Origin: Candidatus Collierbacteria bacterium GW2011_GWC2_44_18
GTDB lineage: Bacteria; Patescibacteriota; Microgenomatia; UBA1400; MFAQ01
Direction: 5' to 3'
Length of the DNA: 64,000 nucleotides
Assembly (NCBI GenBank): GCA_001000865.1
Contig: LCIE01000002.1
Span: 32,992 to 96,991, forward strand
The position numbers were made by a program, and so were the translations under genes. Under the pieces are notes generated by a model. That model had not been told where the DNA came from, made no database searches, and worked only from the letters and a program-made list of their open reading frames with translations. Every line of letters begins with the position of its first letter. The first letter of the stretch is position 1. Positions 40,569-49,200 of this stretch are shown piece by piece.

Positions 40569-41474
40569 ATGTTAGCACCAAACTTCAAAATTACTCTAAA
40601 AGATAAAAAAGAAATCAATACCGCAGAGGTTGTTATTGAACCGCTTCCTCAAAACTTTGGCCACACCATGGGTAATGCCCTCCGCCGTGTCTTGTTAACC
40701 TCTCTTGATGGTGGAGCCGCCATCCGCGTCAAGATTGACGGGGTCTCTCATCAATTTTCCACTCTGACTGGTCTTCAAGAAGACATTGTTGAATTTATTC
40801 TTAATCTTAAGACCCTTAATTTCTTTGTCGACTCAGACGAACCAGTTGATGTCAAGCTCAAAGTTTCTGGAGTCAAAGAGGTTAAGGCCTCCGATTTAGA
40901 CCTTCCTTCCAATGTTACCATTGCCAACCCAGATACTGTTTTGGCCCATCTCACTTCCCCTAAATCCAAGTTGTCTGCCGTTATTACTGTCGGTAAAGGT
41001 CTTGGATATGTTGCTTCCGAAGAAAACGCCACCAATGAAATAGGAGTCATCCCCCTGGATGCCTCTTTCTCCCCCGTTCTCAAAGCTAACTATACCGTTG
41101 AAGCTGCCCGCGTCGGTCGTTCCAGCAACTTCGATAAGGTCAGACTCACTTTGACTACCGATGGTACCATTACCCCCGGAGAAGCAGTTAGAAGTGCAGC
41201 CCGCGTATTGACGAGTTTTTATGATTATGTAAACTCTGCTGAAGCCTATCAGGTGGAGAAGAAGTCGGCTCATGAAGCCACTACTGCGGGTTTCGTAGAT
41301 GATCTTGATCTACCTACTCGTGTCCTGAACGCTCTAAAAAAATCAGGAATTAATAAATTAGCCGATCTAAAGGCTCTCACTTTGGGTGATTTGAAAAAAG
41401 TCAAAAACCTCGGAGAGAAATCAGCCATGCAAGTGGTCGAAAAAGCTGCGGAAAAAGGCGTAATCATTCAATAA
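40569..41474 (+). CDS. rpoA: DNA-directed RNA polymerase subunit alpha
   Basis: N-terminal and C-terminal alpha-subunit domains. 301 aa. Confidence 0.93.
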   Translation: MLAPNFKITLKDKKEINTAEVVIEPLPQNFGHTMGNALRRVLLTSLDGGAAIRVKIDGVSHQFSTLTGLQEDIVEFILNLKTLNFFVDSDEPVDVKLKVSGVKEVKASDLDLPSNVTIANPDTVLAHLTSPKSKLSAVITVGKGLGYVASEENATNEIGVIPLDASFSPVLKANYTVEAARVGRSSNFDKVRLTLTTDGTITPGEAVRSAARVLTSFYDYVNSAEAYQVEKKSAHEATTAGFVDDLDLPTRVLNALKKSGINKLADLKALTLGDLKKVKNLGEKSAMQVVEKAAEKGVIIQ

Positions 41475-41477
41475 CTT

Positions 41478-41876
41478 ATGGGACGTCGTCATCACTCCAT
41501 CATTGCCAAGTTAAACAGGAACACTAAAGAGAGACAATCCCTCTTCAAAGTTCAACTCAAACAGCTCATCGAGCTTGGTAGTATCACCACTACAATTACC
41601 AAAGCCAAAATAATCAAACGTTTGTTTGACAGACTGGCTGCCAAAGCCTCAGATGGAACCTTGACCTCTCGACGTCTAGTGGCTGCCCAGCTAAGTAGTC
41701 CAAAGAGCGCCAACAGGCTAGTTGATCTGATTATTCCTGTTATGGGTGGTAGGCGAAGTGGTTTTACGACCATTCAAAAAACCGGTGTTAGGAGAGGGGA
41801 CTCTACCACCACTGCCTCCATTAGTTTGATCGTTCCACTACCCGAGACCCCCAAAAAAGAAATCAATAAAAAATAA
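41478..41876 (+). CDS. rplQ: 50S ribosomal protein L17
   Basis: MGRRHHS... motif. Confidence 0.9.
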   Translation: MGRRHHSIIAKLNRNTKERQSLFKVQLKQLIELGSITTTITKAKIIKRLFDRLAAKASDGTLTSRRLVAAQLSSPKSANRLVDLIIPVMGGRRSGFTTIQKTGVRRGDSTTTASISLIVPLPETPKKEINKK

Positions 41877-42304
41877 TGAAAACTACTACTCTAAAGGTCT
41901 CCGATCTTACCCACAATTGGCACCTGATTGATCTCGACGGTCTAATCTTAGGTCGGGCTGCTGTGAAAATAGCCACCCTGCTTACTGGCAAGGGTAAGGC
42001 TCTCACTGGAAACCATCTAGACAATGGTGATTTTGTTGTTGCTGTTAACGCCGATAAATTCAAGGTCACCGGTAAAAAAATGACCGACAAAATTTACTAC
42101 TCTCACTCAGGTTTTCCCGGTGGTTTTAAAGAGGTTTCTCTAGGAGATCTCAAAGAAAAAGATTGTCGTAAGGTCATCGAGAAAGCTGTTAAGGGCATGC
42201 TCCCCAAAAACAAATTCCAGCAGACACGATTACGCCGTCTTAAAGTCTTTCCCGGTGTCGATCATCCCTACGCCGTCGAACTTGGACTTAACAAGAAAGA
42301 TTAA
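41876..42304 (+). CDS. rplM: 50S ribosomal protein L13
   Basis: Sequence and position. Confidence 0.9.
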   Translation: MKTTTLKVSDLTHNWHLIDLDGLILGRAAVKIATLLTGKGKALTGNHLDNGDFVVAVNADKFKVTGKKMTDKIYYSHSGFPGGFKEVSLGDLKEKDCRKVIEKAVKGMLPKNKFQQTRLRRLKVFPGVDHPYAVELGLNKKD

Positions 42305-42307
42305 AAA

Positions 42308-42336
42308 CTGTCATTCCCGCGTAGGCGGGAAACGAT
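42308..42336. repeat. Family-A variant (GTCATTCCCGCGTAGGCGGGAAACGAT)
   Basis: Intergenic between rplM and rpsI. Confidence 0.7.
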
Positions 42337-42359
42337 ACAAATAACTAAACTCAACCAGT

Positions 42360-42839
42360 ATGGCTCAAAAACTATCAAAAAAATCAAAAATCGCCGTCAA
42401 GCCGGTTAAAACCATTCCAGTTAAAAAAGGTACCTTATCGATGCCCAAAGAATTTTTCTCTGCCATTGGTAGACGCAAAACCGCCATTGCTCGCGTTAGG
42501 ATTTGGCCTGGCAAACAGGAGCTAACGGTCAACGGCAAACCAATCTCCACCTATTTCAAAGGGGAAACCTTCAAAAAAATCTATCAAGCACCATTCATGG
42601 TTACCGAAACTCTGGGTCAATATACCGGTAGTATCAAAATCGCCGGATCCGGTTTAATGTCTCAAGCAGACGCTATCGTTCATGGTATTGCTCGCGCCTT
42701 GGTAAAAGTTAACTCTGATCAATTCAAACAGATTTTGAGAGACAAGGGTTTCATTACTCGAGACTCCCGTATGAAAGAGACCAGAAAAGCCGGACAGGGT
42801 GGTCGAGCCCGCGCCAAGAAACAAAGCCCAAAGCGTTAA
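42360..42839 (+). CDS. rpsI: 30S ribosomal protein S9
   Basis: C-terminal ...RKAGQGGRARAKKQSPKR motif. Confidence 0.92.
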   Translation: MAQKLSKKSKIAVKPVKTIPVKKGTLSMPKEFFSAIGRRKTAIARVRIWPGKQELTVNGKPISTYFKGETFKKIYQAPFMVTETLGQYTGSIKIAGSGLMSQADAIVHGIARALVKVNSDQFKQILRDKGFITRDSRMKETRKAGQGGRARAKKQSPKR

Positions 42840-42840
42840 T

Positions 42841-42868
42841 CGTCATTCCGAGCGAAGTCGAGGAATCT
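42841..42868. repeat. Family-A variant (GTCATTCCGAGCGAAGTCGAGGAATCTC)
   Basis: Immediately after the rpsI stop. Confidence 0.7.
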
Positions 42869-42883
42869 CAAACCACAAAATCA

Positions 42884-42903
42884 CCGCTTCGGCGGTTTTT
42901 TGT
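42884..42903 (+). terminator. intrinsic terminator after rpsI
   Basis: ccgcttcggcggttttttg. Confidence 0.6.
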
Positions 42904-42925
42904 ACCTGCCATAAACATCGTCAAT

Positions 42926-43920
42926 ACAATAGACTTGTCGCAAAATAAGCAACATCACCTCCCCCTCCCCAGATATCAGGTTAACAAGTGTCTTTGGTAA
43001 TTGGTCGGGTAAAGTTGTAGAGGGCATATCTGTCGGCAAGAATATGGAAGTGTTTGAGTGCTCCAATGACATGTTCTACTCGTACTCTGATTGAGGATAT
43101 GGTTTGATTGGTTAGCTTGTCCATCTCAGGAAGTTCTTTCTTGTATGGTTTCTTGATTGGAAGAATCACCTTAGAGTGTGAACTTGATTCTTGTAGTCCT
43201 ACGTATCCTAAGTCAGCCAGACAAGTGGCTCCGGGCGGAGCCCGGAGAACTGTGCCATCATCCACGCACAACTGTTTGTCATGTCGTTTTCCCTCCACTG
43301 TTTGGGAGACAGCCAAAATTCTTTTGGTGTGTGGGTGGATGATGATTTGATTCTTGATCGTATGTTTCTTCTTTTTACCAGAGTAATAGAACTCTTGATT
43401 TTTCTTTGGTCTTTGTACTGCTCTCTCGGTGGCATCAATGATGAACTCAGAGAGATCAGGACAGATCTCGAGCATTCCCGCCATGGTACGGATCTTTCTT
43501 TTAGGTAGCCTAAGTTCATATCCTAGTGTTAACCAAAGCACTTCCTCCATAAATACCTTCCATCGATGGATAGTTTCCTTGTCTACCTCGAAGATTGTTT
43601 GAGCCAGGCGGAAAGTGGGATATGTTTTGTAGTAAAACAAGATGAAGAGTAATCTCTCTGAAGAAGTTCGGAGTACCGACCTTCTTCCTGCTCCCATTCC
43701 TCTGTCTCTGTCCCATCTCCACAGTTTGTGGTGTCGACTCTGTCGAAATCGAATATCAAAAAGTGGTAACAGTTTGTTAAACTTTTCCTGACTCATTCCA
43801 ATTACCGCTGGAAAAAGATCAGGATGTTTGAGAAGATAGAGTAGATTCATGGGCAGGAACTTACTAATATGGGGTCCTGCCCATAATCTTATCAGAGCTA
43901 ATTATGCGACAAGTCTAATA
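42926..43920 (-). mobile_element. IS5-family insertion sequence (~1.0 kb) with terminal inverted repeats
   Basis: Left end aatagacttgtcgcaaaat (42928-42942). Right end reverse complement attagacttgtcgcataat (43905-43917). A single DDE transposase ORF fills the interior. Confidence 0.7.
42981..43850 (-). CDS. IS5/IS4-superfamily DDE transposase (289 aa)
   Basis: N-terminal HTH region. KKKHTIKNQIII and DLGYVG motifs are typical of DDE_Tnp_1-type transposases. Confidence 0.75.
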   Translation of the reverse strand: MNLLYLLKHPDLFPAVIGMSQEKFNKLLPLFDIRFRQSRHHKLWRWDRDRGMGAGRRSVLRTSSERLLFILFYYKTYPTFRLAQTIFEVDKETIHRWKVFMEEVLWLTLGYELRLPKRKIRTMAGMLEICPDLSEFIIDATERAVQRPKKNQEFYYSGKKKKHTIKNQIIIHPHTKRILAVSQTVEGKRHDKQLCVDDGTVLRAPPGATCLADLGYVGLQESSSHSKVILPIKKPYKKELPEMDKLTNQTISSIRVRVEHVIGALKHFHILADRYALYNFTRPITKDTC

Positions 43921-43940
43921 GAAGGGGGACATCCAAGTAT

Positions 43941-43981
43941 TTCTGGATTCCGAGTCGCACTACGCTTGCCCGGAATGACAA
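43941..43981 (-). repeat. Family-A element in inverted orientation
   Basis: Reverse complement of ttctggattccgagtcgcactacgcttgcccggaatgacaa gives ttgtcattccgggcaagcg...ggaatccagaa. Confidence 0.65.
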
Positions 43982-44001
43982 ACTGCGAAAGTCGTAATTC
44001 T

Positions 44002-44052
44002 GTTGAATTGGATACATATCAAATAATGCCCAATCATGTTCATGTTGGCTAT
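44002..44052 (+). pseudogene. remnant of an IS200/IS605-type or REP-associated (RAYT) HUH tyrosine transposase
   Basis: Encodes VELDTYQIMPNHVHVG, which matches the TnpA/RAYT HUH block (e.g. ILELEVMPDHVHLL). No intact N- or C-terminal parts. Flanked by REP-like palindromes at 44054-44075 and 44146-44174. Confidence 0.35.
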
Positions 44053-44053
44053 C

Positions 44054-44075
44054 GGGTCGACGCGGGGGTCGACCC
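44054..44075. repeat. Family-B-related palindrome GGGTCGACGCGGGGGTCGACCC
   Basis: Perfect inverted repeat with GC-rich loop. Confidence 0.6.
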
Positions 44076-44145
44076 CTACAGTTCGAGAATATGCAAAAAG
44101 ATTGAAAACAATCCATTAAATTGGGAAAAAGACAAATTGTATTCC

Positions 44146-44174
44146 CCGTAGGGGCAGGCCCCCGCGCCTGCCCG
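44146..44174. repeat. Family-B REP-like palindrome
   Basis: ccgtaggggcaggcccccgcgcctgcccg. Confidence 0.75.
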
Positions 44175-44252
44175 TATAAATCCAACCACAACACAAAAAC
44201 CAACCACGCCTCAAAATCATTCTTCCCGTAGGGGTTTCATTTATGAAACCCG

Positions 44253-45164
44253 TTATTTCACCCCACCATACAATCTTTCTTCCATCTCCCGATTCAATTC
44301 CACACTCGTCACCCCATCTCTTTCTGCATCAAAATACCCACCCATAATTCTGGACGCCAGCACCGGCGCAAACTCATTATCGTTCTTTTCGGTCCATTTA
44401 TAAGCCTCCTTGAATATTTTCAAAAATTGCTCTGCCAGATCCGGTCTTTTCAGTTTGGTATAAACACGGTGATAGAAATAGGCCACGTCATAAAACTTCA
44501 GTCCACCCATTTGTGCCGCCTCACCATCAACCAAGTAATACTCACTTTTCTCGGTCTTCATAATATTCCAAGGTGTAAAGTCTCCATGACTTGCTTCTAT
44601 TTCCATATCATCACTTCTTTCTTCGATAAATTGAAGAAGATCACGAGTGCTCCGTTTAATACTTTTTGACCACTCTCTGGCATTATCAACCAAACTTTTT
44701 GCCCCCACCATCTTCAAAGACTCTCGATCTTTTGGCAGCAGACTTGCTCTCGAGATTTCCATAATATTCTTGGCTATTTCCGCCACTTTGTGCAAATCCT
44801 TGACAGCAATATCGTTGTTTTTATTATCTATTTCGGCTAGCGGTTTACCAAAAACAAACTCTCCAATAAACCAATATTTATCTTGAAAATACCCTTCGTC
44901 GAAGATTTTGGGTGACTTAAATGTCGTCAAGTATTTTTTCCAAACAGAGGTAACATTTTTATTCCACACAGCCTCATTTATCGTTCTCTCTCCGATCTCT
45001 TCCGTACTGGCTAACTTCAGGAAAAGCTTCTCATTCTCAAACTTGACTTGACCGGTCACGTGCCGCCACAGTTGTTCCAGTTTTTGCACTTTATACCCTT
45101 TATTCTCAAAGTATCTCCCCACCTCCTCCAAGTTCAGTTTTCCATGCATTTCCTTACCGGACAT
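44253..45164 (-). CDS. APH/choline-kinase-family phosphotransferase (303 aa)
   Basis: HGDFTPWNIM (HGDxxxxN catalytic loop) and downstream D motif (YLVDGE). Confidence 0.65.
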   Translation of the reverse strand: MSGKEMHGKLNLEEVGRYFENKGYKVQKLEQLWRHVTGQVKFENEKLFLKLASTEEIGERTINEAVWNKNVTSVWKKYLTTFKSPKIFDEGYFQDKYWFIGEFVFGKPLAEIDNKNNDIAVKDLHKVAEIAKNIMEISRASLLPKDRESLKMVGAKSLVDNAREWSKSIKRSTRDLLQFIEERSDDMEIEASHGDFTPWNIMKTEKSEYYLVDGEAAQMGGLKFYDVAYFYHRVYTKLKRPDLAEQFLKIFKEAYKWTEKNDNEFAPVLASRIMGGYFDAERDGVTSVELNREMEERLYGGVK

Positions 45165-45232
45165 ATCTTTAAGTATAGTCTAATCGCACTCTATGTTATA
45201 ATATCCCATAACCCATCTTGAGGAGGTCTACT

Positions 45233-45631
45233 TTGATAATCCAAGTTCTAATAAAGAATGTCAGTCGTACCTTTTGTCCTGATTTGAAATCTCTCGGAAA
45301 GCTGTTACAGGTTGTCGAAAATACCTATCACTGTCCGGTTGAGGTGGTCTTTGAAACGGCACTTTCTTTCAGAGCATTATCGGACGGGAAAGTAATTCCC
45401 GTTAGTCCTGTCAATGTTCTTGTCCACAAGGATGCTTCTGATGGAAAACAGACCTACATTCCGAGAGCTTTTTCCTCGCAAGCAAATTTAATAAACAATA
45501 GGATTCAGGACCTTCTCTCGGTTTCAAAACCCTCAGAATTGAACCTGCCCGCCTCGGTGAAAATTCGATCAGGCGGAAAAATATACATATTTTTAGGACT
45601 GACTCCTGTCACTGAATCAGAATGGCATTAA
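45233..45631 (+). CDS. hypothetical protein (~132 aa)
   Basis: GGAGG RBS then TTG at 45233 (ORF track allows 45218). No recognisable domain. Confidence 0.45.
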   Translation: MIIQVLIKNVSRTFCPDLKSLGKLLQVVENTYHCPVEVVFETALSFRALSDGKVIPVSPVNVLVHKDASDGKQTYIPRAFSSQANLINNRIQDLLSVSKPSELNLPASVKIRSGGKIYIFLGLTPVTESEWH

Positions 45632-45646
45632 TCATTCCACCCTATC

Positions 45647-45668
45647 CCCTCACAAGAGGGGCTTTTCA
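45647..45668 (+). terminator. intrinsic terminator
   Basis: cccctcacaagaggggcttttc. Confidence 0.5.
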
Positions 45669-45683
45669 TATAAAATATCCTCA

Positions 45684-46265
45684 ATGAAAATTTGTGGATT
45701 AGATGAATGCGGCAGAGGAGCTTTCGCTGGCCCTCTCGTGGCCGCCGCCGTTATTATTAATACCGATCTGGTTTCTTTCCCGTCTCTCCTTCCTGTTCCG
45801 CTCCGCGATAGTAAAAAACTAACTGAAACTCAACGAATCAAAATCGTTTCCGAGTTACCCAAACTTCCCGTCATTTACAAAATAGAAGAGGTATCAGTTT
45901 CCGAAATCAATGAGTATGGCATGGGTTGGGCCAACCAGCAGATTTTTGAAAGACTTATCTCCGGTATTAAATCCACTGTTTATATTGTTGACGGCAATCT
46001 CAAGTTTGCTAACCCTTCGGTAAGAACTCTTATCAAAGGAGATGACAAGTGTTATCAGGTAATGCTGGCGAGTGTTATTGCCAAGGTTTACCGTGATAAT
46101 CTCATGGCCAAACTTCACCAGGACTTTCCGGAATACGGCTGGGACAGAAACTCGGGCTATGGCACCGTCGAACATATCCAAGCCATCAAACAGTTTGGCC
46201 AAAACCTCCACCACCGATCCCAGTATATCGCCACTTTTGTTAGTAAACATTCGTCAGCCGGATAG
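45684..46265 (+). CDS. rnhB: ribonuclease HII
   Basis: MKICGLDECGRGAFAGPLVAAAVII...DSKKL motifs. Confidence 0.9.
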   Translation: MKICGLDECGRGAFAGPLVAAAVIINTDLVSFPSLLPVPLRDSKKLTETQRIKIVSELPKLPVIYKIEEVSVSEINEYGMGWANQQIFERLISGIKSTVYIVDGNLKFANPSVRTLIKGDDKCYQVMLASVIAKVYRDNLMAKLHQDFPEYGWDRNSGYGTVEHIQAIKQFGQNLHHRSQYIATFVSKHSSAG

Positions 46266-46271
46266 TTTTCA

Positions 46272-49200
46272 TTGACATCTCCTTACCCTGTAATTAAACT
46301 AAAATCATCGATGGGAAAAATAAAAACCTTCTTAGGTTCTTTGCGTCCTTGGCAGTTGGTCGGAATCTTGCTGGTTTCCTTAGGACTGCTCGCTTCCGTT
46401 ATTCTTGCTTCGCAATACCTTCAGCTCTCAGCCAAACTAAAGCTAGGCTCAGACGCCGGGCTGTTGTTGACGGCGGATCGACAAGACTCGTTAGGGACGT
46501 TTCAGGATTCAACTTTCACTCTCAAGTCGGATCAAGATCTTACCGTCGCCGGTCTCAAGAATAGTGTGACTTTCTTTCCCGAAATAGACTTCGACATTAG
46601 GGAAATCAGCCCTCGTCAATTTAGTATTTCCCCCAAGGCTCCTCTAAAGAACAACAGTCTGTATCGCGTCAAGGTAGTTTCCGACCAAAAAACTTTTTCC
46701 TGGGCATTCCAGACCAAAAACGATTTCCGGGTAGTCCAAACCCTACCTCGTGATCAAGCCACCTACGTACCCATAAATTCTGGTATCGAGATCACCTTTA
46801 GTCACGATAATTGGGATGACATAAGTTTGAAAGATGGAAATTTTGAAATTACCCCTTTTGCCGAAGGTCGTTTCGAACGTCACAAAAGAACTATTTCCTT
46901 TATTCCAGAGGGACTTGTTCCAAATACACTATATACGGTAAAAATCAAAAAAGGTCTTAAACTCAAAGGAACCAATGAAGTTCTCAAAGATGATTTTGTT
47001 TATCGTTTTGAAACCCAGTCTTCTTCCGGAGATAAGACTCAAATAAATTTTTCCAGAAGTTTTTATGAATTTTCTCCACCCGAAACTCCGGCTTTCGATA
47101 TCTACACTTCATCGACCGGCGTGGGCGAGGCCTCGGTAAAGGTTTATCAATACCCCAATGTTCAAGATTTTACTTCCGACTTTACTACCAAGCTGGCTAT
47201 TCCGGCGTGGGCGACCAATTCACTTCGCTTAAATCGTCGTCCGGTTTCGGGGCTAAACAAAGTTCTGGATTTTCCGGCATCAATTCAAAAACAATCATAC
47301 ACCAATTATTTCTTACTTCCTCAAACTTTACCCAAAGGTTTTTACCTGATTGAAGCCACGATCGATAATATCACCACCCAAGCTTTGGTTCAAATAACCG
47401 ACCTCTCCGCCTATCTCACCGTCAGCGGTACCAAGACACTCGTTTGGGTCAACGATATTGGTACTGGCCAGCCTGTTTCTGGTGCAAGTGTCAGTTTCGC
47501 CGGCAAAGGACAAGAAACCGGTCAGGATGGTGTCGCTTACTTTGATACTCCGACCGAAAAGATAACAGAAAATTCCAATCTTATTGGAGTTAGTCATGGC
47601 AGTAATGCTCTATATTTACCTGTTCAAAATGTTAGGTACTACTACGATGCTGATTATCAAAATTCCCGTCGCGTGGCCGATAAATACTGGAACTATTTTT
47701 ACACCGATCGTCCGGTCTACCTACCCACTGACATTCTCAAGTTCTGGGGTTTACTTAGGGATCGGGACAATCTAAATCAAAATCAAAAATTCACCTTAGA
47801 AGTTACTCGGTCAGATTACACCAGCTGGGACTTCCATCCGATGGTGCTTTTTACCAAAGATTTCGAAACCAGTGATCTGGGAACTTTTATTGGCGACATT
47901 CCTTTGGCGAGCTACAATCCGGGCTGGTATGGTATCTCCCTTAAGATCAATGGCACTATCGTCTCCAGTTCTTCGTTTTCGATTGAAACTTACACCAAGC
48001 CAGCCTACAAACTTACCCTCACTCCTTCCAAAAAAGCCGCTATTGTCGGTGAAATAATCTCTTTTTCCGGTGAAGCTACCTTCTTCGAAGGCTCCCCAGT
48101 CGTGGGGATGGATTTAAAGGTTACCGGGGCTCAAAATAGTAATTTCACCACTGATTCTCTCGGTCGATTTAATTTCAATTACCTGGTCTCGAAAAATTCC
48201 TACAACTATTTACCGGAGTATCGAAATTTTGTTGTCCTTCCCACCCTTCCCGAGGAGGGTATGATTCAAGTGAATTCCTCTATTGCCGTTTTTGATTCAT
48301 CACTAGTCTTGGGTTATTCAAAAACTGAGTCAAAAAATTCCACTGGAAAGGTTGAGATCGATCTTCGTCAGGTTGATACCGGAAAATTTACTCAGTCTTC
48401 AGACATACAAGACATTTTTGCTCCGGCTTCAAACCGGCTGGTTACTGGCACCTTAGTGGAAAATCAATGGAATCGACGGGAAGTTGGTACCTATTACGAT
48501 TTTATTAACAAGGTAACCTCTCCCAAATATGCATACGATCGAGTTCAAACCAAAATTGCCGACATCTCTTTAACCACCGACTCAAAAGGGAAGGCGGTCT
48601 ACGAATTTCCTGTTGGAGAAAACAAGTCATACGACATTCTCTTATATGCCACTGACGATCAAGGAAGAACTACCAGCCAAAACGTTTATCTTACCGGCTC
48701 GGTCAACAATGCCGAGTTGAATAACTATGTTTATTTAAAAACCGACAAGGAGGGTCAAAATTCCAGCCGATATGCTATTGGCGAGTCAGTAAACCTCACC
48801 CTTATGCGAGGAGAATTACCTCTGGAGTCCTCCGGAAACGATAAATTTCTTTATTTATTTTCTCAAAGGGGCCTTAATTCGTATCAGTTAGCCAGCGATG
48901 GGAAAATAAGTTTCAAATATCCCACAGCCTTTGTACCCAATGTCTTTGTTCGGGCGGTGAGATTTACCGGGAAAACTTATCAAGTATCGGAAAATCTTTA
49001 TCTATACTTTGATACCACCTCCAAAAAACTTTCCCTGGGGATTACTCAAGATAAACCCTCATACCTTCCGGGAGATACCGCCAAACTTTCCGTACTGGTA
49101 AAAGATCAAACCGGATCCGGCGTCTCTTCAGAGGTCAATCTCAGTCTTACAGATGAAGCATACAACGCTTTAAATTCCACTTTTGTGGATCCGTTATCTG

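Noticed and set aside
43108-43722. Plus-strand ORFs inside the IS element (43108..43350, 43281..43508)
   Set aside because: They are antisense to the DDE transposase and have no motifs. Spurious.
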